A DNA stretch of 63,728 nt, filler included, from Klebsormidium nitens (lineage: Eukaryota > Plantae > Klebsormidiophyceae): the NCBI GenBank assembly GCA_000708835.1. It is 7 parts of 7 records of this genome, joined end to end, with 100 filler letters (N's around TTAATTAATTAA, not from the genome) between each part and the next. Parts side by side here need not be neighbours in the genome. Positions count along the whole stretch, not along the records: positions 13,465 to 39,114 come from DF237835.1; 6 more parts are not named here. One strand, 5' to 3'. The notes under the pieces are model-generated. The model did not search any database. It saw only the letters and a list, made by a program, of their open reading frames with translations, and was not told where the DNA came from. Positions 24,850 to 38,717 of this stretch are shown here, one piece after another. The position numbers and the translations under genes were made by a program. Position 1 is the stretch's first letter. Each line of letters begins with the position of its first letter.

Positions 24850-26166
24850 GGAGCTTCATCGGAGAGATTTTCACCTTTTGATTCCTTAGTTTCAGACGAA
24901 AGTATGACATCGATGGTGCCACATTGGCCGCCGTTGATTGCAACAGCAAGCTTGTGAAAATGTGTAACTTCGTTTAGAAAGGTTTTGCGGGGTCAATGCC
25001 GAACATTGGCCCAACACTCTTCTCTGTAGCTGCACAAAAGGCTCTTCGCTAGGCGGCTAATCCCGTTGATAATTGCAAAGTAATGAAGGCTGTGATTGCA
25101 TCTGCCCAGTTTTTATAGGCAAGTTGAAACTTACCTCTCCATGGATATCAGTACTCAGTTGTTGTCAAAGGTTTCTTGCTTAGCTTTTAGCGCGCAACTT
25201 ATCAAGGTGGATAGAAGATAGAAGCACATGAGTCTTGAACAAGCATTTACCGTTTCAGGGTGACAAGGTCTTCTGAAACCTGTGACTTATGTCAGTCATG
25301 TGACAGTGTCAGCTAGATGTGGCATGTACGTGAAAGACTGAGCAACCAAAATCGATGGTACTGTATACGTGCCCATGCGTTACATGGAGGATCGATCATA
25401 AAATAAGCATTGTGAGTTGATTGCATGCTCGCAAGGCGTTGACCATCTTCAAGAATGTTTGACTAACCGACTTGATTATTCGTGTTGCATGGCCTTGTCT
25501 GTGCTCATCATTACATCTTTCAGTGCATTCTCAAGCTTCGATCAGCCTCTCAATCCGAGACGACTGATGTAACTATGGAACAAGCAGTTTGAGGCGGTCA
25601 CGTACAGCCACAGAGCGTGTGCAACGGAACACTGAGATCCATGATCTGACCTCGACTCGCGTATATCGCGATTCTTTCCCATGACGGGTCGCCAAGCACT
25701 CCACCACAATGCGCTAAAAAGAATGTGACCGGCACATCGGACTAAAAATAACGCAACATAAAGCGTCGTAATATAACGTACAGATTGTAAAAGAAGCACG
25801 GAGAATCTTTGCGCCTGCCACTGAGTGGGGGCTGATTAAAAAACGTCAACGCGCAGATGATACAGCTCAGATGGGTGAACGGTACGCGTTAGAACGACTC
25901 TGGACACATTCTAATGTAACGTTTGTCATGTGGTTCTATCAGTGGCCGTGCATCAGCTAGAAGTCAAAACTCACGCTTAGCAGCGCATCCATGTCAATCG
26001 CCCGCAACAGAGGATTCATATCACGCTTGCAATAACTTAAGAGCACCGAGACAAGGTCCATTGCGTGTGTCCTACAGAGTCTTCATCTCATCCACCGATC
26101 CACCATGACGTCAAAACATCTTCGAAGCAATGAAAGAGTCTCTTTTCTCTCCTGTGTATACGCTGT

Positions 26167-29100
26167 CTATACAATTGCCGCTTTGCTGGACCTCGTGTCC
26201 AAGCTCCGCACGTGCCGCGGGTTGCTGTGCCCTGCGATCTCGAGCCCCGCCGTTGGACCTATGAGCTTCCCCGGTTCGGAGAACCCGCCCTTGCCTGAGC
26301 ATGTCCGAGAAAGCGACTGCGTTTGTCCGCTTCCCGTTCTTAAACCCGACGCGCTAAGCGGCCGCGTGGCCCCCGCCGCGACGCGCGCGCTCGGGTCGCT
26401 GACGTAGGGCTTGCGTGTGGCGGTTCCGGGCCGGTCGGATGTCGGGCGCTGGGCTTCGGTATCAGAATTTGAGGCCCTGCAGTCGAATGTTTCATTCAAT
26501 CAAACACGCAAGCAGAGTCTTCCTGAACTTGGATGTGGAACGTGCAAAAAACGAAGGAGGATGACGGCGCCTCAGCAAGAAGAAGCTGGGGAATCTCGCA
26601 TGAAAGTATTCAACGTCAAACGAGGGAATCAAAGGTGCTCAATCACAGACTGAGGTGCGTGAGAGTGACGTATCATCGACTGCCAAGTCTGAGGCGTCGT
26701 TTTGCACATTGAGAAGCAGGTTTTGCACCTGGAAGCCATACGAGTGGGCTACGTCCCGAGCTTTACGACCTTTTTTCCGGAAACACTTAGCTGATCAGCC
26801 TGCGACGGGGCACGGGTTTACTTTGGGGTTTATCGTTGGGTATGGATGCGGAGCGGGTGAATTGCGCTTAGCTTTTCAGGTTTGCGAAGAACCTTACTGT
26901 TGCTAAAGCTCAGTATGGCTGAATGAATGAAAGAAAGAAAGTTTTGAGGTCCTCACCTGTCGTCACCTTCCCTGATGCTCGGAGCAGGCACCCGCCCTCT
27001 CCTGGGCAGGTCTTCCGCGAAGCCGTCCCTGCTCATCGGACGGCTAGGATTCAGCGAATCAAACGATACCCTCCGGTTGATAGTGCCCGGGGGGCTCTCC
27101 CCGGCCGCTTCTCTCCGGGGCTGGCTGCCACGTGGCAGGCTCTCACCCATCCGATCACGCGCAGACAGGTTTCCTGTCCTTCGATCTCGTGAAGAAAGGG
27201 TCTCAGCCGTACGATCCCGGGAGAGGGAGAGGTTTGTGGATTGTTGGAGGGCGGCGGAGCGACCCAGGGAGGACACGTGCCGCGCGGGGGAGGGGGAGCG
27301 GGGGTTGGGGGACTTGACGGCCTTGACGTGGAGCTCGCCGTCCGGAAATACGGACACCTGCAGAGGCGCGGAATCCGGACAGTTAGTGAGATAACGCTTC
27401 TGACTAAGCTTGAAGTAGTCCAGTCAGCTACGAGCCTGAAAAAGGTTATGCTTCACTGTAAGTCGAATCGCAATCCCTTAAAGCCGGGGAAAGGAGTGCG
27501 AAAAATTTGCAGCCTTTCGACTTTCTTGCCTTCTGCTTGACCACCGACTCCCGGAGATAAGGGGATGGAAAATTCCACAAAGCGCCGTTTGCAGCGAGGT
27601 CATTGAAAGTAAGCTCCTTCGTCTGAGTGCGTCACATGCGCTCAACGAAGTAGGAGTTTGAACATGAAAAGGACTCTTCGCTTACCTCGTCCATGGATAG
27701 CTTATCGACAGAGTAAAGGACCTCGGGGTCCGCTCCTCGCTCTAGGACCTTCAAGAGACAGAGATGCTCGGCGTCAGCACGTTTTAGCGGATCCGCATTG
27801 ATGACGGACAAATACTCTTGGAAAACACGCTTGAAAACACTCTTAAGCGAGAACTCTCCCGAGGAAGCAGAAAGCTGGCGTATTACAGTACTGCGCTGGG
27901 GCAGCCATGGAAGGTACCGACTCATCGCTTCAGGGATATGATTACCCTATAAGTTGTGGAGATTGAATCTAAAATCCACGATCTTCAGAAGGCCATCCGT
28001 TGTACTTTGGAAGTTTCTGTGTGCACTTTAAGGGTCACGGGAAGAGGAGGAACGAGACGGTTGGCAAAGTTTCGGATAGGGACCAGAGAACTTACGTCGG
28101 ACTTGAGAGCGCGCACGAGCGAGTTGAAGCTGGACCCCCCCTTGATGAGCATCTTGTTCCGCTGAACAAAGTTCTGCATCGATAGACAAGCGCCGTGTTA
28201 ATCAAATGTTACATATTACCGTTGCAAAGCTACTCCATGGTGACAGGGAGAGCGGCTGTCAGAACGCTCTGAAATGTTCTTCAAATACCAGACGTAGCTG
28301 AAGGATACCGATCGCGCTTCTCTGAAAACTGCATGGCGCTTAGAGGAATAGGGAACGCTCGATGCTCTCGTCAAACGATTCACAGATCTCGTTCAAACTA
28401 TGTAAGAACACACCGTTCGGCATATCGACGAATCGACCCAACGGATCACACAGAGGGAAGACAAAACGTTCTCACCCCGCTGAGCATCTTGTCCTTCATC
28501 GCGCGCATCTCGTCCTCCTGCCGCCGCTTCCCGTCCGCGACCGCGGCCTGCTCGCGCTGCAGCCGTCCGATGAGCTTCATCAACGCGTCGCGCTCGCCGG
28601 ACAGCACCTCGCCCGCGCGCACCAGCTCGTCCGCGCGCGCGCGGCCCCAGTCGCCGGAGTCGATCACGCGCGCGAGGCGCTCGTTCTCCGCGCGCAGCCG
28701 CTTGTTCTCCTCTTCCAGCGTCTCCGCGCGCTCGTGGATCTGCTCCGCGCGCGCTTCGCTCACCATCTGGGTGACGTAAGAGCCAATAGGAGCCTCAGTC
28801 TAGATGAAAATTGGAAGACGTCGTAAATGGCTCTGTCCGCTGAGAATTGCCCTTGCTTTTCAGCTTGTTGTTAGATGCGAACCCAGAGCTGCCGTCCCTC
28901 TTTCAGACAACATGCTCGATAGCCTTGCCGTCAAATCCTCAGCTTTCTTGTCATACAAGGGTCGTCTGGAAGAGTTCACCGCCTTCACAGAAGCCCTCGG
29001 CTTGTGGATGGGTTCAAACTGAGGGACCTGCTCAAGCGTGCATGGATTCAAGTCAGCTGTTGATTACTTTCGAAACGTTGTATGTTCTCTGCAGACCCAA

Positions 29101-32100
29101 AGAAAAAAATTCCATCAAGGCGCTGGAGAGGGTCCCAAGCCTCCATACACTTGGTTTTCTTTAGCCTTGAAAATCTACCTCACCTGCATGTACGCTATCC
29201 ACCCCTGGAACGCCATCCCCAGCCGTCGATTCAGCATCCGCTTGATCACTTTTTGCGCCCCTTCTCGCCGCCGTTTCTGATCGTGCACCGCTTCCCAGAG
29301 CCCCAAAAACGCCGCCGCTAGTTTCCGCTTCTGCATCTTGCATATGATTCCCTTCATCCTAGTTTTCTGCGCGCGCTTCGCGGCCGCGTACTCGGCCCAC
29401 GTGGAGAAAGCGCGCGCCGCCCGCGCGTTCAGCAGCTTGCTGACGCACTTCGCGATCTTCTGTTGGCAGCTCTTGTGGTACTCGTGCTGCTCCTGCCACG
29501 TGGCGAACGCGCGCGCGAGGCGATACTTGAGCATCTTAAGAATGGCGCCCCTGCACAAGGTAGGAAAGGATGTAAAACATCGGGGGACTCCTCTTTATAT
29601 GCATTACCATTTATGGACTTTCGTCTTCGATGAAGATTTCCCATATGAGAAGCTACTTCGTTTAAGGAATTTTATTTCAGACGTTCCTGCTCTGCCCGTG
29701 CGACTAAATTTCCTATAGCCTTTGCCTTGGGCTCCATACCTGACGCTCACACAAATCTCCTGACCACGGATTCTACTCACTCAGCTTGTGCTGGACCATT
29801 CCTCTTACTTCGAGGACGAAAAAATTGCACCAGAATATCATTCACAAGTCTTCCTCTTTCTGGATTCTAGAACCCGCTTGAGAAAAACATCCAGAGGGAA
29901 AAGCGTCGGTGAGAACATGAGAAATTCGCGAGCGAGAATGGAGTCGTACCTTGCGGCGTCTTTCTTCTGCTTCAGCTCCGCCGTCGCCTGCCGCCACGCC
30001 TCGAACGCGCGCGCCATGCCACCTTTCGAGATGTGCACCATCACGCGCCGGATGCGCTCGCGCTGCGCGCGCCGCGCGTCCACGCCCTCCGCGAGCGCGT
30101 AGAACGCGCGCGCGAGCCGCCGCCTGAACATGGTGTTGACCGCGCGGCGACCAATCTGCTCGCGCCGCTTGTCCTCCAGGTCTTTCACCAGGCGCTTCTC
30201 GCGCAGCGCGTCGCCCTCCGCCTTCTGGCGCTCTTGCACCATCCCCAGCCACGCGTTCCTGACGTCAGCAAAGTAACGGGTTTAGCAAACGGTTACCGTT
30301 GCTTCTCGTTCTTAGACCTGGCACGGGACAGATACAGATTTGGCGGAAAGAGAATGCAAGCCTGTAAGTCAAAGTACATCAGGATAAAGCGCTACCGCGC
30401 CTTGAAGAGGAAGTTGCACGACGAATATAACCGTCTGTCGTTGGGTAAAGGTACTTTACAATCTCTCATGGTGACCCTGACGTGTGCAAATGCAGATTTT
30501 GCCGCCCCTGGGTCTCACTCCTCAAAACACCAGACCCAGGGTATCCTAACCACCTGGATAGGAATCAATCAGGCAATGGCAGTACCGGCTTCGTTCTCTC
30601 CCAACAACGTCGCTCTTTTTTGCTCTGGCCACCTAGCTTCTCTGATTGCCGCCTCACCAGACGTTTTGGAGCTTCCGTTTCGTGAGAACCGCCGTTACCG
30701 ACTGCCCGAGCCGCCCGATCTTGTTCTCGTGCTGCTGCTGCGCGCGCCAGTGGTCGAAGCAGCGCGCGAGCAGGCCCTTGCGGATGCGCGCGAGCGCCTT
30801 GCGCAGCAGCATCTTGCGCCCGCGCTCCTCGTCCACCGCAATCTGCCACGCGCGCAGAGCGGAGCGCAGGGTCTTGAGCTGGCCGCGCCGGATCTGCGGG
30901 GCAGGGAGAGGTCTGACTCGAGAGCATCGCGGATTGCTTCGCCGAAGCCTTTGGTTCGTCAATCCAGTTCAGAACGTCGACAACGCTAGAACACGCTGGT
31001 TCGTTTTTTTAAGAGCTGCTGTCCAACAGTCCCAACAGGATTCCAGACTGCTCAGGTTTAGACGAGAGAACTTCAAGCCAACATTATCAGCGAAGCTTTT
31101 TATCGATTCAGATAGATAAGCATGTTGCCCGCTCCGTAGATTGTAACCTGGGCTTCATAATGCGGAGGGTATCGTGCGCTGTCCTGTCACCCTTTCCGAT
31201 ACCCCATCGATCTGCTGGATCAGTTCTTCACGTTGATATCTGCTTCGCAATTCAAGCGGCACTCCTTGAGAGTAAGACACCACCTCAACCATGCAAGGCA
31301 TCATTCAAGGCCAAGGCTGACACCTCAGAAGCCCCGCTGGGTTCTCACAAGCGGCAAATGCGTCAGGATGTCAAGTATAGCTGTGATTACCCTTCAAATC
31401 GTGCAGAACAGATGTCTGGAGGTGAGTATGTCTTCGGCAAGCGAAGAACAAAAACTAGTCGCAACGGCATGATCTGTGCGAAAAAGGCTCTTTTCTGATC
31501 GACGAGCGCGGAGCCTGTTCTTTGGCCCAAGACAGGAGGACTAGGAAGTGAAAGAATAGAGGAGAACTCACAGGGTTGTGCAATAAGTACGGAGACCAGG
31601 CGGAAAAGTGCCCCTGCTGAAGGTGACTTCGTAACTTAGAACACGAGAATGTACAATGGGCCATCGGACTTTCTTATTGCTCACCTGCCGCTGCATCATT
31701 GCCTTGTTGCTCTCAATGGAAATTTGCACCTTCTTGGCGTCGAGGGCAAGCTGGTCTAGCTGCTGGTAGGCGACTTGCATGGGTAGATTCTCCTGGCCCA
31801 GGACGCCGCGAAGGCTCTGCAAGGCCAGAGGAACTGCTCAATTTCACGTTGAGGACTTTCAGAGCTTATTTATTTCGCTCGTGAAAGAAATATTAGGCCT
31901 TGATTCGAAAACGTGGCTGCTCGTGCAGCCGTCTTGTACAAGACTGAAAAACTTGCTCATTAAATTGACGTTCGCGTGCATATCTTCGGACCAGAAGATT
32001 TCATGGTAAATGGCCACGGATTGTGAAGGGACAATCTGTTTATCGGATACGATGTTGGCGACACCACTAACTGGAGCTCTCAGCACCAGCGAACGAGGTC

Positions 32101-33929
32101 GTCAGCTTAGAGCAACTTCGAGTTTCAGTCCAGCCAAGAGGGGTTCTGTCAAGAGTCTCGTGTTGTCATTCTGGCGCTCAAGTGGACCGTCCTTTCACCG
32201 GAACATCACGCAATCAAGCAGAGCTCTGCAGCAAAAGTGAGTTTGCTTATCTTAGCAGACAGTGCAGATTTGACCAAGTCGAAGCTCACCATCATTTGGC
32301 CTTTGTATTGCTTCGCCTTCTTGTTGCGCATCAGGCTGCTTGCGGTGCTGTGCTCACTGCGGGGAGTTGCGGCACTGCTTCCATCTCCATAAGCACCCCT
32401 CGCATCATTTTTTCGTGCTCCCAAAGACAGCCGCTTGAGCGCTTCAGGCTCAGGGGGGCCCCACTGTCGCCTCATGGACCCTGCAACAGCAACAAGAGTA
32501 GGAAAAAGTAAGCTTGCTCTGGTTCGAGTAGCTCTGGAGTAGAAGGGGACTAGAGTACAAGCGGAGGATCACAGTCTCTTGATATACGCTATTTCATATC
32601 ATGCTTATGCAACAGCTGTGAGCTCCACAGAGAACAAGCATCATTGTTTGCATTTTGTCACCGTAACCTAGCCTGGCCTGCAACAGAACCAATCACAAAA
32701 CTACAGCCTCTAACACCAGGATTAGATGAAGAACTGCAAAGAAGACAGCCATGTCATTTGCAGGACGGCAATCTCCTAGAGTTCGCCATTTTTGCCTTAC
32801 CTGAGCTAGTCCTCCGGTCCGGCAGTCCCTTGATGTCCCGATTTTCCACCACTCTCTTTACCCTTTCGTCATCAGAAGAGTCGCCCCTCTTTCCCCCACC
32901 TTGTCGCCCCTCCTTCGCTGCACTCATCCTCCGACTCCGTTCGCTACCTCTCAAAGAGCTCCTTTCCGATTCTGAGCCAGAGTCCCTTTCCACTCCCTTT
33001 CCACTCCCCGACCCTCTTTTCGGCGTATCCTTGCTTTTTCGAGCTCCCCTGCGACTGTCTTCGCTGTCAGAGCGCGCCTTGGGGTCTGGGGACATGCTTC
33101 GGTCACTGCCGGCGTCATCTCTTGTCAGGTCGGTTGCTGCCACAGACCCTGGGGAGCGTGGAGTCTCCCCTCCCTGCCTGGGACTCACACTTCGGCCTCT
33201 GCTTCTCTCACCCTTTGACCTTCACGACAGAGTGGCCAATATAAGCTTAAGCACAGTGGAGCAGGTCTTTACCTTGCTAGCATCAGACGATTGTTGAGCA
33301 CGAAAGCTGAAATAGGTTTGCAATCTAAGTTTACCTTATTTGAGCAACTAGAGATGCACCATTGTACTGGAACGACGCCCTTTGCAAAGCGCTCCGTAAG
33401 GCTGCAGTGGTTTTGTGACGCCCAACATTGGAGCCAACAGCTGGTAAATGCAAAGCAGACAGCATTGCCTCCCAATCAAGTGCTTGGTCCTATCATTCCC
33501 CATGGCTAAGCATCTTACCTTACCAGTAAAGTCTGCAAATGCATGTTTCCTATCTGCAAAAAGCAAGAATGCCATGCATGCTTTGCGGTGTGGCACCTCT
33601 TGGTAGCACCATCTTTTCAAAGCACTTGTGGTAATTTAGCAGACAGCTTACCCCCTGCTGCCCCGACTTCCAAGCGAGCCCCTTGAGCGCCTGCTGCCCC
33701 TGCTCCTCTCACTGATCGGTTCACTGGCCGCCCCATCTCTATCCGAATCATGAGACTCGCTGACTGACCGGTTGGACCGTCCCGTGCGAGAATCTGCCCT
33801 GCTCGATGGCCGGCTCTCATCGTCTGAGCCAGCCTTTCTTCGTGAGCTTCTGGCCCCTGGGGTAATGCTGACTTGGCTACTCTCCTCGTCTCCCATATCA
33901 GTGCCGTCGCTCTCTCTCTCGGACCCCAT
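26167..33929 (-). CDS. Sfi1-repeat (putative centrin-binding) coiled-coil protein, about 1055 aa, 12 exons
   Basis: Exons 33929-33652, 33219-32801, 32480-32290, 31816-31685, 30893-30658, 30258-29950, 29550-29184, 28766-28476, 28173-28096, 27841-27686, 27357-26957, 26476-26167, all GT-AG and phase-consistent. Repeats LARAFATW, AARAFSTW, LAAAFLGLW, LGMAFQGW, MARAFEAW, LARCFDHW. Ser/Arg-rich termini. Confidence 0.8.
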
Positions 33930-36042
33930 TGCGGGTACAATGCTGCTCTTTGCACGGCTTGCATGCCAAAGGTACCTCAACTTAAGACAACATGCATAGT
34001 GGTACCGCCCTTCAGGCTCGACAACAATAGGGGGCGCTTCTTGTGCTTGCCTCCGTACTTACTTCACAGAAAGCAGACAATCAATCTCATATGCACAATG
34101 TAAACAGGCTTGAGTCAGTGGACAGTCCTGCTGGCAAATCCACGATTCAATCGAGCTTGATTTGGAACGTAATGCTATTGTAGATGTTTGGCATACTGAC
34201 CGTGGTGCTGGTGACAACTTTGAGTTTCGCTTATTATCCACAGCGTAAAGAATCGGTGATCTGGTGCCTCGTATATAGATTCTTGTTGACTGCAAACGAC
34301 TTAGCGCTAGCACTGGATGCCCTGGCCCCTTCTGTTGGTGCCAGGCTTTGTTGAGAGCCCCAAATCGTCCAATTCAGAGATTCCCACGATACCACCTATT
34401 GCCAAATTGTATTGCTCAACAAGACTGGATTCACCTGTCCGAGAGGCAGACTGGGAGAGTACAAACAGGGCATGGGCATCAATCTCATGCTCAAACGCTA
34501 TACTCACGTGCCTTCATTTGAGTAGCTGGTTTGCGCCTGCACGAGCGCCGGCGTACCGGGTCAGTATGTGATACTGTGACCACGACCGTCGATCTGCATG
34601 AGGTGACGCATCGAGCTCGATCGATACCGTTCATGTGCGGTACGGCACCACAGGCAGTCGACCGCGACCTTGTGCAGGAAAAATATTCGTACCGCGTCCG
34701 CGACTCCTGCAGGGCTAATCACACATGGTCACTTCTTTTTATACACGCTCTAAGGCACCTGGGCCCATGTCAGAAACAAGCAATTTCGGAGTGATCGGAC
34801 TTCATCAAGAAATTAGGTACATGCAAGTTGGCCATCCTTGACAGTAACACGATCAACTCAGTAGAATCCTAGGTTCCAAACACTAATAATAGCTAGGCGC
34901 AATATATCGTACAGAAGCTCAATTGTTTCTTGGGTAATCCCCGAGCTCGAGCAAGCTGCGCAGTGCAACTCAATTTAGTCGATCTTAGTCACGTACTATA
35001 TAGACTTGAATTTAGATGTTTGAACGTCGGTTCGGAGCCGTGGTCGGCTAAGTCGACGATATATCCTCATCAAGGCGCTAGCTATCCTAATCAAGTGAAC
35101 TACTAGATGACCTATGGGGTATGGCTACGTACATAGGACTTGCAAGCAACGCATGACCCATTCGAGATTCAAGTGGCATGCAATCAATTCCCTTTAACAT
35201 CAAGCATGTTTGATAGAAGAGCACATGCATGTGTATGTACGTTTAAGTATTCTTAAGCGAATGTGCTACTTATGTCCAACTAGATAGCTCGGAGTCGCCG
35301 AGTCTAACACAGCAATTGCGATTAAGGGTCTGGCTCTGAATTTGATCTTTCACGAGCCTGATCCGATCATGTGAGTCCGCCAACTATGTGATCGTACCTA
35401 TGCCTTGGTCAGCAACCAATGACTGTATGACCAATGTGCCCCTAGGTCCGCTCATAAACATTACCGGGACTACTTTACAACGGATTTTGTGTGGATTTAC
35501 CTTGAGATCTGCCCAGTCCTCAAGGATTAGTAAGCGGATACTCTTTGATCTCTCAAGGCTTCCTATCCTACTACATTTCGTATGCCAATCTTTTGCTTGC
35601 AGCATGTTACTAATGTACTTCCGACAGTACCCAAGGAGTTCCGAAACGTGTGCCGTATCAATAAGAAGAGCGTGCTTTTGGTTATGTACCTAAGTAAGCA
35701 GTCCAGATTGTAACCCTTGCCTAGCCCGAAGGTCCTACTGACTTGCGCTAGACCCGCTTCTTTTGCGAGCGTGTGCCCAACTTCTATAATTCTTTATTCA
35801 CGTGCATCGCCCTATCAATGTAGATTGTTACGCAGAACGGTGCTCGTTACTCAACCCGCCAATCACTCCGACTTTTCCTCTCCTTCAGAATCGAAGTAGA
35901 AGTACTGTTCAATTCCAGAAACCTGCCTTGCCATCCACCCCTCCTCCCAATTCAGCTATTCCCGCTCAGTTATACTGTCACACGCGACATTATGTCAAAA
36001 CAAAAGAGCCACTCCAGAAACCGGAAAGCCCCCGTGCCCCGC

Positions 36043-38717
36043 TCATGCGGACCGTGCCTCCACTTCCCACCGCTTCACCAGCTCCTCCACCGGCACCTTT
36101 TCCACGTCGTCCCTCTGCCCCAAGTCCGTCGAAACGCGCGACAGCGTCACCATCCCCAACGCCATCGCCGCAGACACATACGGGTTCGCCGTCAAGAGCC
36201 GCGCCGGGAAGATCGACGCTGCAGCGATCACCGCGCCGGCATGCCCCTGGACCTGGCAGCTTCTGCCACGTGTCCCAAAGCGCTCGTGCGCGCGTATGAC
36301 GAGGCCGGTCTTGCAGTAGAGGGAGAAGTCCTCGCAGTTGTTGTGGAACAGGTCGTAGTCGCCGAAGCCCCTTTCGAGGAGGAAGTGGGCGCGCCGCAGG
36401 ACCTACCGAAAAGAGGGCATACGTCAGCTGCGGATCGTTCAGACTGCCAACAAGTGCTGGGCGAAAAGAGAGAGATTGCCACAAGAGCACATCAATGAAT
36501 TGCTGCGGGCCTGGAGTATTGATAAGCTCATGCAGGACGACAAAACCCTTGAACAATCGCAAACTCTACTACAAATCCGTTGACCACTCAAATCCGTTGA
36601 CCATAACGAACAGAAGCAGCTCAGCTCTGGCATGAAATGTAGAAAAGAAGGGGCTTCGCCTGCAAGTCGAGTAGCTCAGATGGACACCGCCTTAATGAGG
36701 AAAAGCTGCAGTTGATGAAACTCACCTCGTCAGCAGGATCGGACGCAGCCGTGGTGCACGTTCCCGAAAGCTTGAGCGCCTTGGTGACTTGCATGACGCC
36801 TGCACAGAAGCAGCGGGCACTCTGAGTGGATGCGAAACAAGCTATTGCTGCTTATATTGCTGAACCCTACCTTTCGTAACACATTGTAGAGCTTTCAAGA
36901 ATAAAAGTGAAAAGAATTATTCAGAAACAGGTCGCAAAACGTTGAATGCCTGGACACATAGTCAACCGCCGCAGGGAGCGTGTTCAGCAAGGGTACTCAG
37001 TATGGTGGTTATCTCATTGCTGCACAGCACGCCTGTGTCTGCCGAACCAAAGGAGCCGAAAAAAGCTTTTCTATTAGAGTAGTCATCGAAAGAGAAGCAA
37101 CAAGAACATCAGCTGATAAATGTTTCAGGTCCTCCAAAAACTCCAGACCGCCAGAACGGTCAAAAGACGATCTCAGCTATTTTGCTCACCATACTCAAAC
37201 CGGTAGAGTTGGCCGCCGTTCAGAAAGCACCCAAGGCAGCTCTTGGCAACCCCAATCTTCTCAGGGGTCGCCCCGTGCACTTCCATGCCCGTACACAAGC
37301 AGACAAGCGGTCCCCCTGGAAGGGAGTTCTCTGGCCGGAGAAAGCTGCCGGTGAAGAAGTTGTCAGCCCAGGTCCCGCGTGCAGAGTGTGAGGGCCCGGC
37401 AGAGGACGCCATACTCGACGTGAATAAGCTCAGGGTGGAGGCCGTGCTGGCGTCAAGATCATCCTTGGGTTCGCGGTTGAAGTGGATGACCATGTCATCG
37501 CCAATATAAACGCCTGCGAGGAAAAAATCTTGGAAGTGGGTAGAGGAAGGATTGGTGATTGATTGCTATTGCGAGTTGGTGTGAATTGGGCATGACTAGA
37601 ACTACTTGCTGAGTATTTAAATGCAGGGCTTTGAGTGTAAAAGATGGGCAATGCAACTGCACGCTGAACGGGGAATGCAAAAGTCAAGCCTGCAGGAACT
37701 ACTTTTGGTGAGGGGTTGAGAAGAACCAGACCGGCGGGTGTTTCAGATTAGAAGCGTCAGCTTGCAAAAACCATATCTGCAGACTTGTTAAGAGTGACTG
37801 GTTCTTCTCACTGTGCTCCCACCGCCCACGAAATATACACAGAAGTGAAGGGTTTGGATGGGGGGTGGCTATTCAAGCTGACCATATGACTCTGTGATGT
37901 GATAAAATCGGGCATGGTATGGCACTGACAGGACAGGAACGTCTGAGCACGATGCTGTGCTTGCTGAAAACACCTTCACAAATGTCAAGAGAGGCACTGC
38001 GCTTCTAGGTGCTATGTCAGAAATGACTGACAACTGAGTCAGACCAGTAGTTTGTAAGCCACAACCTGCTCAACGCTGTCAAAGTTCTGAGCCTTCAATC
38101 GAAATTGAACCAACGCAAAAGGAACAGGCGATGGAAGAAAGATAAGCTACGGGCAGCAGAGCGGACTGCCCTTGAAACAGGGTACTGTACAGAAAAGAAG
38201 CTTCTGTCCATGCATCAACAGTCAATTCCTATGTGAACACCACTGATCAACGAGGACGTTTGGCAATAGGGCTTCTGCTATTGGAGCTGTTCCATCCAGA
38301 AATAGCTGCAGAGTCGGTTGGATTGGGAGGGACGCTATATTGGCGTCTTCCACCAAATAAAGTCACCGTCCAACGCTGCTTGTAACCGCTGTTCAACACG
38401 ATGGCCTTACCAGCACATACGAGACAGTACGAGCAGCCAATTCGCAAACTCGAAGGTCGCTGCAATGCTGCAATTCTGTGACCAAGTTTAAAAAGATGCG
38501 AAACAAGAAGCAGTGGCTTCATCGTCACTCTCAGCTCAGTGGAAGCGGGGGAGGTTTCAACACTCTTATATGGTTCTTTTCCCCGGCTCCACTCACCATG
38601 ATGGGCGTATATCATGTTTCTCCAAGAGTAGATATGGTCCCCCACACGAAGCTGCGAGTAATCAATCTTGTTGGTCAGGAGCCCCGCCAAACCCTCCCTC
38701 ACACTGAGTGCTGCCAT
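36043..38717 (-). CDS. LRAT/NC-domain protein (plant-type permuted NlpC/P60 fold)
   Basis: Exons 38717-38597, 37513-37190, 36799-36726, 36402-36043, phase-consistent. Motifs GDHIYSWR, YAHHGVYIG, SCLGCFLNGGQLYRFEYG, GTCTTAASDP and GFGDYDLFHNNCEDFSLYCKTG. Confidence 0.92.

Noticed and set aside
30033-31119. 318-aa plus-strand ORF opposite the Sfi1-repeat gene
   Set aside because: Antisense shadow of GC-rich exons; the minus-strand model has consistent splice phases.
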